17,058 bases of DNA from Planctomycetota bacterium (GCA_045047305.1 JASFYO010000032.1:1-17058); one strand, 5' to 3'; positions 8,197 through 16,073 are shown, counted from the first letter of the stretch. The notes: generated by a model not told the origin, from the letters alone. Numbers and translations: made by a program.

Positions 8197-9120
8197 ATGA
8201 AACCGAGCCACCACCCCGCTTCTAATCCTGAGGCCATTGAGAAATTTCGCCGCGCTGGCGTGATTGCTGGAAACGCCCGCAAACTCGCAGCTTCCTTAGT
8301 GAAGCCCGGCGCCAGCTTGGCCGACGTCATGAACGAAGTGGAGGACTACATTCGTTCCGAAGGCGCCGGCATGGCCTTCCCCGCGCAAACCAGTCGCAAT
8401 CAAGTGGCCGCCCATTATTGCCCACGCCCTGGCGACACCATGGTGTATGCCGCTGAAGATGTAGTGAAGGTAGACATTGGCGTTGAGGTTGACGGCTTTG
8501 TTGCCGACAACGCACAAACTGTCTATCTGGGCGAAAAAGAGCACTATCAGAACATGATTCAAGCTTCTGCCGATGGCTTGGCTGCTGCGATTGCCGTGGC
8601 TGGCCCTGGCGTGGAAGTACGCACGATTTCCACCGCGATTTTGAAGGCGATTGAAGCACGCGGTTTTCGTCCGGTGTACAACCTGACTGGCCATGGTGTG
8701 GCGCGCTGGACCGTACATTGCGCTCCGCAAATCCCAGCTGCGCCCGACAAGTGGTCGCGCGGTGTTCTCGAAGAAGGCATGGTGATCGCGATTGAACCCT
8801 TTGCGACCGATGGCAGCGGCACCGTGCATGAATCCGGACGCGCAGAGATCTTCATGATGCAAAAAAAGCCGCGCAAAATGAAAGGCATTGATGAGCATGT
8901 GTGGAAAGTGATTGAAGGCATGAACGGTTTGCCTTTTGCACGTCGCACTTTCGTTGGAATCCCTGCCGACGTCATTGAGGGAACTCTGAGTCGCCTTCAA
9001 CGAACTGGCTGCCTCATGGACTTCCCGCCACTGGTGGACCCGGATCCCGCAGCGCGCATTGCGCAAACCGAACACACCATGATCGTGACCGCGAATGGTG
9101 TAGAAGTCACGACTGGCTAG
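8197..9120 (+). CDS. map: Methionine aminopeptidase, type II (archaeal/eukaryotic type), 307 aa
   Basis: AFP..S.N.VAAHYCP, VKVDIGVEVDGFVADNA.T, NLTGHG, AIEPFATDG.G, a helical insertion with LPFARR..FPPLVD, and AQTEHT. All five metal ligands (D, D, H, E, E) are present. AAGGA SD-like site at 8183-8187. Confidence 0.92.
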   Translation: MKPSHHPASNPEAIEKFRRAGVIAGNARKLAASLVKPGASLADVMNEVEDYIRSEGAGMAFPAQTSRNQVAAHYCPRPGDTMVYAAEDVVKVDIGVEVDGFVADNAQTVYLGEKEHYQNMIQASADGLAAAIAVAGPGVEVRTISTAILKAIEARGFRPVYNLTGHGVARWTVHCAPQIPAAPDKWSRGVLEEGMVIAIEPFATDGSGTVHESGRAEIFMMQKKPRKMKGIDEHVWKVIEGMNGLPFARRTFVGIPADVIEGTLSRLQRTGCLMDFPPLVDPDPAARIAQTEHTMIVTANGVEVTTG

Positions 9121-9124
9121 GCGG

Positions 9125-9910
9125 ATGTCCTCATCCACCCAAACTTGGTCCTTGGTCACCGGTGCATCCAGTGGCCTAGGCGCAGATTTTGCACGCCAAC
9201 TCGCCGAGCAGGGCCGCAACGTAATCCTTGTCGCACGACGGGAGCAAGCGCTGAAGGATCTTGCCTTGGAACTACGCGAACAGCATGGAGTGCTGGTAGA
9301 GGTCGTGGTCCAGGACCTCGGCGCACACGATGCTGCGCAACAACTGTTCACTAAGACCGAAACTTCCGCATGGAATATCGATGTCCTCATTAACAATGCC
9401 GGCTTCGGTTATTACGGCAATTTTCTGGAGCAAGAGTTGGACCGTGTTCAAGCCATGTTGGACTTGGACATCAGCACCGTGATGGGTCTGACCCACCTTT
9501 TTGGCACTGCGATGAAAGCCCGCGGAACAGGCCGTATCTTGCAAGTGGCTAGCGTTGCCGCCTACCAGGCCACTCCCACTTATGCCGCGTACGCCGCAGC
9601 GAAAGCCTTTGTGCTGCACTTCGGTGAAGCCCTCAACCATGAATGGAAAGGCAGTGGCGTTTCTTGCACCACTTTGTCCCCTGGGATTACCGCCACCGAC
9701 TTCCTTAAGGTATCCGGCCAAAAGGCAACCTTCTATCAACGCTTGGTCATGATGCAAAGCCCCTACGTGGTCAAGATTGGCTTGCGCGCGCTGTTTAGGG
9801 GTAAACCGAGCATCGTCCCGGGCATCATGAATAAAATCACCGCATGGTCCATTCGTACCATCCCGCGTACCTGGGCGACCGCGATTGGACAGATGTTGAT
9901 GAAAAACTAA
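9125..9910 (+). CDS. Short-chain dehydrogenase/reductase (classical SDR, DltE-like), 261 aa
   Basis: TGASSGLG, LVARR, LINNAGFG, ASVAA, catalytic YAAAK, SPG.T.TDF. Starts 4 nt after the map stop. Confidence 0.95.
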   Translation: MSSSTQTWSLVTGASSGLGADFARQLAEQGRNVILVARREQALKDLALELREQHGVLVEVVVQDLGAHDAAQQLFTKTETSAWNIDVLINNAGFGYYGNFLEQELDRVQAMLDLDISTVMGLTHLFGTAMKARGTGRILQVASVAAYQATPTYAAYAAAKAFVLHFGEALNHEWKGSGVSCTTLSPGITATDFLKVSGQKATFYQRLVMMQSPYVVKIGLRALFRGKPSIVPGIMNKITAWSIRTIPRTWATAIGQMLMKN

Positions 9911-9926
9911 TCCCGACTTCCATTGG

Positions 9927-9963
9927 AAAAGCCGGCTCATCCTGAGGGATGAACCGGCTTTTT
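9927..9963. terminator. Bidirectional intrinsic terminator between the convergent SDR and amino-acid dehydrogenase genes
   Basis: AAAAGCCGG-c-TCATCC-tgag-GGATGA-a-CCGGCTTTTT: long stem with an A tract on the left and a T tract on the right. Confidence 0.9.
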
Positions 9964-9978
9964 AGTCTTGCGTGGGAC

Positions 9979-11031
9979 TTAAGCGTTTGCTTTCGCGCGT
10001 GCCTCTTCGACACGACGCTCAGCGAAACGGTCGGCAGCCGAAGCAGTGCTAATGCCCTCTTCGTTTGAGATGGCGAAGATGGAACGCATGTTCTCACGAA
10101 TCTTCTCCATGTTTTGCAGCGCACGGGCTTCGTCGTAACCGCCAGGCATCATTTCGTCGAAGACGTTGATGAGACCAGCAGCGTTCACCACGTAATCAGG
10201 AGCATAGCGGATACCCATTTCGCGGAGGACGTCGCCGTGACGCACCTCGAGTAGTTGGTTGTTAGCAGCGCCACAAACCACCTTGCACTTCAGCTCGGCG
10301 ATGCTCTCATCGTTAATCGAGCCGCCGAGGGCGCATGGTGCGTAGACATCGCACTCGATAGCACGAATCTCATCTGGGCCGACGACAGTACCACCGGTAG
10401 CTTTAGCCACCCGCTGCGCACTTTCGTCGAAGATGTCTGCAACCACGATTTTGCCACCTTCCTTAGCAATGTAATCTGCAAGGATCGAACCGACCGAGCC
10501 AGCACCTTCGATTGCAACGACCTTGCCCTTGCAAGAATCGGAACCGTAGACATCTTCCAAAGTTGCCTTCAAGCCAAGAAAAACGCCCCATGCGGTTTTC
10601 GGCGAAGGATTGCCCGACTTACCAGCCAGCCCGACCACGTGGCTAGACTTGCGTGCCACGACACCCATGTCTTCCACCTTGGTATTGACATCTTCGGCAG
10701 TGATGTAGGAGCCACCAAAGGACTCGACAAACTCGCCCATGGCTTCAAAGAAGGCATCGGACTTCATCGATGGGTCACCCATGATGACCGACTTTCCGCC
10801 TCCCAAGTCCAAGCCAGCGCAAGCAGCCTTGTAGGTCATGCCGCGGGACAGGCGCAGGACGTCGGTCATAGCCTCTTCTTCTGAGGCGTATGGCCACAGG
10901 CGCATGCCTCCAAGAGCTGGACCGAGGACGGTGCTGTGCACCGAAATGTAGGCGTGAAGGCCCGAGGCTGGGTCGATAGCGCGCTTGACGCACTCATATC
11001 CGTCGACCTGAATTTCCGTAATTTCCACCAT
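9979..11031 (-). CDS. Leu/Phe/Val (ELFV-family) amino-acid dehydrogenase, most like leucine dehydrogenase (350 aa)
   Basis: GPALGG.R, LSRGMTYK, GGGKSVI, YITAEDV, GNPSP.TA.GV, Rossmann EGAGSVG, APCALGG, GAANNQL, YAPDYVVNAAG. Substrate cannot be fixed by eye. Confidence 0.93.
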   Translation of the reverse strand: MVEITEIQVDGYECVKRAIDPASGLHAYISVHSTVLGPALGGMRLWPYASEEEAMTDVLRLSRGMTYKAACAGLDLGGGKSVIMGDPSMKSDAFFEAMGEFVESFGGSYITAEDVNTKVEDMGVVARKSSHVVGLAGKSGNPSPKTAWGVFLGLKATLEDVYGSDSCKGKVVAIEGAGSVGSILADYIAKEGGKIVVADIFDESAQRVAKATGGTVVGPDEIRAIECDVYAPCALGGSINDESIAELKCKVVCGAANNQLLEVRHGDVLREMGIRYAPDYVVNAAGLINVFDEMMPGGYDEARALQNMEKIRENMRSIFAISNEEGISTASAADRFAERRVEEARAKANA

Positions 11032-11114
11032 GGTTTTGGTCTCGTTTTTTGGGGATGAACGATGAACGACCGAGAGGTATTATCGCCTCGCGGAGCGCTT
11101 TGTGCGAGTCGCCT

Positions 11115-14100
11115 ATGAACGCCTCCATCGACCCAGTTTTCGTCTCCCTCGGCACCACGGGCCCTGACCCGGTGCACGATGGCGTGTACGTTTTTGAAGC
11201 CACATCCTTTGCCGAGGGTGATGGCGCGGTAGACCTATTCCCTCCACTCACATGCTCTCCCTTCGCCCCGGGACAGGCTCCTGGTGCTGCCCCTAAGTGG
11301 CTTGCGGACAAAGGCTTGAGTGGCAAGAAGCTGCAAGGATTAGGGTCATGGAAAGAGGTGGTTCCTAGCCGCATGGCTTGCCTCGAAGCACGCCCGGTGG
11401 TGATTGCTTGTGACCGTGAATCCTTCCTCATGCGCTTCCGCGCTTTGTGCCCGACGGCAGTCCCACCAACGGTGCTCGACCTCACCGGATTTGCCGCCTT
11501 TCTACACCCCCAACGGCTCGATAACAACTTCGAAGCCTTGTTCCTGGCCTTTTGTGGCGAACCGGCCTCCTCGCCACCTGGCCCTAGAGAGCTCCGTCGC
11601 CTTCTGGTTGCCTTGGTGCAGAAGCATTTCGAGCGCGATCAGGTCCTGCGCCAACTTTTCGCACGCGGCTTTGAGGACTTGCGCATGGAGTGCTCCTCGG
11701 ATCAAAACGCCACCTGGGATTGGATGCAAATGGTGGAGCGATTCCTTGATCAGCCAGGACGTTATTCCGCAGGTGCCCAGCAAGAGTTGTTTTTCTCGCG
11801 CTCGGAAGATGGTCAGTTTCGTACCGACTTGGAAAATGCGCCGATGGATGCCGACCGGATTTTGCGCGAGCGCGATCCACGGTTCTTAGAGGATTATCGC
11901 CACGAGTTTGCAGATACCGACCCACGCTGTTCCCGGCTGGAAGATGACTCGCCTTTGGGAGAAGAGGCGCAAGGGCGAATGGCAGCATTCTTTGATTTGC
12001 TACCTAAGCATTTCCAAAAGGACCATGACGATGTGCAGGAACGTCCCGGACAACGTGCTCTGGGGAATGCCGTAGCCGACACCTTGGGCAAGCATGAGTT
12101 TGTGATTGCCGATGCCCCCACCGGAACCGGCAAGACCCTGGCTTACCTGGCGCCAATGATGTTGTGGGCGGTCGAGCACGACGTCCGCGTTTGCGTTTCC
12201 ACCTACACCCGCGCTTTACAAGAGCAGGCCTTCTTCCGTGAAGTACCGCGCGCGCTAGACATCTTGGAAGCATCCGGCTTGCCCCGCGCAGAATTGCCCA
12301 AGGTAAGCCTACTCAAAGGACGCGCGAACTACATCTGTGGCCGCGCAGTTCTAGATGCAGCGCCAGAACCATCGGCGGCTTCGATGGTGGCGCGCGTCAC
12401 TTGGTTGCGCTTGGCCATGTTCTATCACGAGGACCCAACCGCCGACCTCGATGGATTCCCGATGGATCCTGGCATGCCATGCGGCAACCGCATTCAGATG
12501 GTGCGCATCGCTAGCACCATGATGAATCAAGTACGCGCCCTACCTAACTGCTGCCGCGGACGCGCTTCCATGCGTTGTGCCGCAGGGATTCGCACTTTAC
12601 GTTCGGAACGTTCGCATTTAGTGGTCACCAATCACGCCTTTGTCCTAGCGCGTCCAGAGCAATTCGGACACGTGGTGTTTGATGAATGCGATCACCTGCA
12701 CGAAGTCGCGCTATCGGCCAAGAGTTACGACATTGAACTCGACGATGTCGCGAAGTTGGCTTCCGATTTACAGCAGTCACGCGGACGCGACCGTGCACCA
12801 CTGCTGTTGCTGGATCAATTACTCGAGCGCTTGGCCACCGGCGATCGTGGTGAACGTCTTGAGACCGCGACAAAAGAATCGCGGGTTTATTCCAGTGCGC
12901 TGGATGCAGCATCGCATGACACGGCACGCCAGTTAAGGGTTTTTGAAGACTTCCGTCGCGAGGAGCAGGGCAAACGCACTCGCGAAGAAGCTGCCTTTTT
13001 ACTACATGAGTATTTGGAATCCGGGCGTGGCGATGAACTAGTCACCGCACTGAAGGATTTGCGCGAATCGGTCGATGGCCTGGATAGCGCACTCCGCACC
13101 GTGATTGAGGAATTGGGCGATGTACATTTACGTCAGGCGCGGAAATTGCGCTGGGCTCTGCGTCGGCCACTGGAGTTGTTAGCGCATTGGCGTGAAGGCC
13201 TCGGCTTATGGTTAGGCGGTGAAAGTGAAGAAGGTGATTTCTCCGAAGACTTGCATTTTGAGGTGGTCACCGATCAGCGACGGCGTCCATTACTTGCCCT
13301 GAAGTGGTTGTTGCCGCAAAAGTGGTTAGGCGATGTCTACTTTCCATCTTTGCGCAATGCAGCCTTAGTCAGCGCTACCAGCAAAATCCGCGGCGGCTTC
13401 CGCTCGATGAAATCTTACTTAGGTTTAGACCTGCTTGAACAAGACACCATCGATCGCCTTGGCACTCCAGTGCGTGAATTCGCCTCTCCGGCCTCCTTCG
13501 ATGCCGACGCAGCGCTTTACTGCGTTCCCGAAGATGCACCGCCTTACGCCTACCGCGGCCCCGACGCCGAGACTTGGCTGGAATATGTGGAAGATGTGCT
13601 GTTGTTCCTCGCGGAACGCACCCAAGGACGCTTACTCGGATTATTCACTTCCCGCGTGCTCGTCCGACGCGTGGGCGAACGCCTTGCCCCACGCTTCCGC
13701 GCCTTAGGCATTCCATTTTATTGGCAAGGTATGCCAGGCTATCGCAAAGAAGAGATCATGCGTTTGTTCCGCGCACAAAAGGAGAGCGTTCTATTCGGTC
13801 TCGACACTTTTTGGTACGGCGTCGATTTCCCTGGCCCCACCTGCGAATACATTGTGATGCCGAAGTTGCCATATGGTGCGCCCGATGATTACATGATTGC
13901 GCAACAAGCCCGTATGGGTTGGGGACCGCAAAGAAATGCGATTTACTTGCCCAAGGCACTCGCTATGTTCCGCCAAGGCTGCGGACGTTTGTTGCGCAAG
14001 GAAAGCGACCGCGGTGCGGTGATTCTTTTAGACCGCCGCGTCTTAGAGAAGCGTCATGCCGATTTCCTGAAGGAGCTACCAACGGGACCAGAAGAATGGC

Positions 14101-14237
14101 AACTGCCGGAAGTCGTACGGGCTGAAAGCGAAGAATGTTTTGAACGCATCTTTGCGCACATGCGGCTTGGTGGAGAACTTGAACGTCGTGGGCTCACTCC
14201 GAGCTTCATGGATGCACGCGCTGCATTGCGGCCATAG
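11115..14237 (+). CDS. dinG: DinG/YoaA-family SF2 helicase with N-terminal degenerate DnaQ-like exonuclease domain (approx. 1040 aa)
   Basis: Q motif ERPGQ, Walker A APTGTGKT, STYTRALQEQ, LKGRANYIC, VTNHA, motif II VFDECDHL, SAT, LFTS, FWYGVDFPG, KLPY, QGCGRLLR...DRG..LDRR. ATG 11115 chosen because it precedes the DnaQ-like start and leaves room for divergent promoters. Confidence 0.9.
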   Translation: MNASIDPVFVSLGTTGPDPVHDGVYVFEATSFAEGDGAVDLFPPLTCSPFAPGQAPGAAPKWLADKGLSGKKLQGLGSWKEVVPSRMACLEARPVVIACDRESFLMRFRALCPTAVPPTVLDLTGFAAFLHPQRLDNNFEALFLAFCGEPASSPPGPRELRRLLVALVQKHFERDQVLRQLFARGFEDLRMECSSDQNATWDWMQMVERFLDQPGRYSAGAQQELFFSRSEDGQFRTDLENAPMDADRILRERDPRFLEDYRHEFADTDPRCSRLEDDSPLGEEAQGRMAAFFDLLPKHFQKDHDDVQERPGQRALGNAVADTLGKHEFVIADAPTGTGKTLAYLAPMMLWAVEHDVRVCVSTYTRALQEQAFFREVPRALDILEASGLPRAELPKVSLLKGRANYICGRAVLDAAPEPSAASMVARVTWLRLAMFYHEDPTADLDGFPMDPGMPCGNRIQMVRIASTMMNQVRALPNCCRGRASMRCAAGIRTLRSERSHLVVTNHAFVLARPEQFGHVVFDECDHLHEVALSAKSYDIELDDVAKLASDLQQSRGRDRAPLLLLDQLLERLATGDRGERLETATKESRVYSSALDAASHDTARQLRVFEDFRREEQGKRTREEAAFLLHEYLESGRGDELVTALKDLRESVDGLDSALRTVIEELGDVHLRQARKLRWALRRPLELLAHWREGLGLWLGGESEEGDFSEDLHFEVVTDQRRRPLLALKWLLPQKWLGDVYFPSLRNAALVSATSKIRGGFRSMKSYLGLDLLEQDTIDRLGTPVREFASPASFDADAALYCVPEDAPPYAYRGPDAETWLEYVEDVLLFLAERTQGRLLGLFTSRVLVRRVGERLAPRFRALGIPFYWQGMPGYRKEEIMRLFRAQKESVLFGLDTFWYGVDFPGPTCEYIVMPKLPYGAPDDYMIAQQARMGWGPQRNAIYLPKALAMFRQGCGRLLRKESDRGAVILLDRRVLEKRHADFLKELPTGPEEWQLPEVVRAESEECFERIFAHMRLGGELERRGLTPSFMDARAALRP

Positions 14238-14505
14238 TTACTGCACTTCGATTTCAACCGGATTGCTCAAGGCTCCACCTCCGGCACCATCCAACTCCAC
14301 ACGGTGACAATACAAAGTGCGGCCTGTTGCACCCAAAGGAAGATAAGTGGAGAAGTTCATGACTCCGTTCGCATCGGCATACCCATTCCAGCTGATGACG
14401 AACTTGGCTAGTGGTGTCATTGGCGTATCGCAAAAGCACATCGTCGGTTTGTGCGAAACTGAGAGTCGGAAATAGAATTAGCAAAATAATGGTGAATAAG
14501 CGTAT
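14238..14505 (-). pseudogene. Internally deleted, frameshifted remnant of a secreted-protein gene
   Basis: One frame from ATA 14505 reads IRLFTIILLILFPTLSFA-QTDDVLLRY (signal-peptide-like, ATA at the expected ATG position). A different frame ends ...ADANGVMNFSTYLPLGATGRTLYCHRVELDGAGGGALSNPVEIEVQ-stop and resembles the C-terminus of the 15231-16073 protein. Confidence 0.6.
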
Positions 14506-14513
14506 ACCCTAAT

Positions 14514-14544
14514 TTGACAGGCTTCTTGGTGGAGAAGCTACACT
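14514..14544 (+). promoter_or_regulatory. Putative promoter for the 14552 gene (possibly leaderless)
   Basis: TTGACA (14514-14519), a long 19-nt spacer, TACACT (14539-14544), then 7 nt to ATG 14552. Confidence 0.45.
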
Positions 14545-14551
14545 CATCTGC

Positions 14552-15187
14552 ATGGTCCTCACCATCGAATCCCCACTCCAGCTTGGCGATCTCCTTTTGA
14601 GCCGCGAAGAGACTGCAGTAGGCACAGGCCACACGGTGGCGATTCCTTTGGGGGCTGGTGGTGAAATCGTAGATCGCTGGATTGAGGCTGGCGGATTACT
14701 CGCCGCGCAAGCCATGGCCCCTGCTGCAGCGCTTCCTGCCCACGTGCGCAAACGCCTTTCCTTTCTGGGCATGGGACCCGGCTCCCCAATGGCAGCCTAC
14801 GCCGCCATCTGTATGGAGATCGGCCACGTGGAAGTGGTGTTGCACCCCAACGACATGGAGGGGTTCAAAAACCTGGTGGCACGGCGCAATAGCCCCACCG
14901 AACTACGCAAACTAGGGCGCATCGACGACGCCAGCGACGGCGCCTTTCATGACATGGTTGCCTTCGGTTGCGATGGCAAGGTACCGGAAAGGCTTAGCGA
15001 TGCCGGCCCCTTGGTAAGGCGCATGCGACCCGAAGGGCAACTGCTCCTCTTTGGATTCCCCGCCGCCGAAATCAAAAACGTTTTTGACCGCGCAGCAAAA
15101 AAAGGATTATCCCTTCGCGCAATGGGTAACCGCGATGACCTAGCTTTCCTTTGTGGATCGCTGGAGCATCAGAACCAGTTTGGTTGA
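14552..15187 (+). CDS. Hypothetical protein with a degenerate class I SAM-methyltransferase fold, PrmA-like (211 aa)
   Basis: Fills the gap between neighbours. LSFLGMGPGS sits at the motif I position, FHDMVAF at the beta4 position, and LVRRMRPEGQLLLFGF...KKGLSL...RDDLAFL parallels the PrmA C-terminus (LkpgG.lilSGi...Gl.l...eW..l). CDS is likely real; family call is inference. Confidence 0.65.
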   Translation: MVLTIESPLQLGDLLLSREETAVGTGHTVAIPLGAGGEIVDRWIEAGGLLAAQAMAPAAALPAHVRKRLSFLGMGPGSPMAAYAAICMEIGHVEVVLHPNDMEGFKNLVARRNSPTELRKLGRIDDASDGAFHDMVAFGCDGKVPERLSDAGPLVRRMRPEGQLLLFGFPAAEIKNVFDRAAKKGLSLRAMGNRDDLAFLCGSLEHQNQFG

Positions 15188-15230
15188 GCAAACGGTTGGC
15201 TAACCCATGCGCAATTCCGCTAAGGCGCGC

Positions 15231-16073
15231 CTAGAGCACTGCAACTGTGCTTGTGATACAGGTAGTCAAATCGACTACTTGCACGCTCAAGCCACAGAAT
15301 GTTGAAGGCAAGCTAAATCCAAGGCTCAAACTGCCGGCAGCATCTGCAGTAAAAAATCCGGCCAAGGTTGGAGCATTCAAGTCTAGGACTGTGCCGATGC
15401 AGGATCCTGCAGGAATAGTAAAGGTGCCAGGGCTTCCGTATGCAATCGCAACACTGCCAAGTGGCGTTGCCCCAGTGAGTGAAAGTTGCATGGGCCCAGG
15501 ACAGGTTCCGGTGATAGTCAGGTCTAGAGGGGCAACGTCGGAATAGAAGTGGTCATCAAGTACCGCACTCCAACTATAAACCGCACTGCTGATTTGAACC
15601 GTCTTTACCGCAGCTCCTGAATAGGAAAATGGTACCGGAGTGGAATCGGGCACGTTGATTCCAGAAGTGCTACTGATTAACCCACCGCCGACATCAAATA
15701 AATTCACCGTGATGGAATCGCCAAAACCATCGAAGGCATGCAGATTGAAAGTAATCAAAGTTACAGGAATATCATAGGTCAAGGTAAGAACGTTTCCATT
15801 TCCAAGCAAAGTCTTCCCTGGTAGCCCAAAGTATCCGCTACCACACCATTGGAGATTGACGCCATTCGAACTGTAGGTGCAACCATCCATAACCAGAGCT
15901 GGGCCTTGACCTGTCGCGGTGACGGTTGTGTCATCTAGTGAATTAACGCCAATAAGTTCAGCTGCGTTTGCACTGATTGTATAGGTCTCAAAATCATCAA
16001 AGGTTTGAGCAGAAAGTGAGGCTGTGGAGCCGAGAACCAATAGGGCTCCCAAAAGGATGGATGGCATGCGCAT
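15231..16073 (-). CDS. Secreted beta-rich protein with signal peptide and a 4-Cys C-terminal domain (280 aa)
   Basis: Signal peptide MRMPSILLGALLVLGSTASLSA-Q; Thr/Ser/Gly-rich beta-strand N-domain (TFDDFE...VLDD); approx. 98-aa C-terminal domain from LDLTITGTCPG. Start may be 16073 or 16067. Confidence 0.85.
   Translation of the reverse strand: MRMPSILLGALLVLGSTASLSAQTFDDFETYTISANAAELIGVNSLDDTTVTATGQGPALVMDGCTYSSNGVNLQWCGSGYFGLPGKTLLGNGNVLTLTYDIPVTLITFNLHAFDGFGDSITVNLFDVGGGLISSTSGINVPDSTPVPFSYSGAAVKTVQISSAVYSWSAVLDDHFYSDVAPLDLTITGTCPGPMQLSLTGATPLGSVAIAYGSPGTFTIPAGSCIGTVLDLNAPTLAGFFTADAAGSLSLGFSLPSTFCGLSVQVVDLTTCITSTVAVL

Noticed and set aside
8296..9396. 366-aa antisense ORF across map and SDR (also 9272-9940 minus and 10255-10884 plus)
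   Set aside because: They lie opposite genes with clear family motifs and have no recognisable motifs themselves; typical shadow ORFs from codon bias.
11054..11092. GATGAAC tandem repeat and weak GAGG/CCTC inverted repeat around TATTAT in the divergent dehydrogenase-dinG spacer
   Set aside because: Only two full 7-mers and a 4-bp core stem; could be chance, no known operator recognised and no convincing -35.
11049..11114. Upstream extension of dinG given by the ORF track (similarly 673-753, 2242-2310, 7072-7107)
   Set aside because: Extensions overlap neighbouring genes or promoter-like elements and precede the point where family similarity begins.
11115..14237. DinG as part of a type IV CRISPR or anti-phage defence locus
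   Set aside because: No cas/csf genes, repeat array or defence-like neighbours; context is housekeeping.
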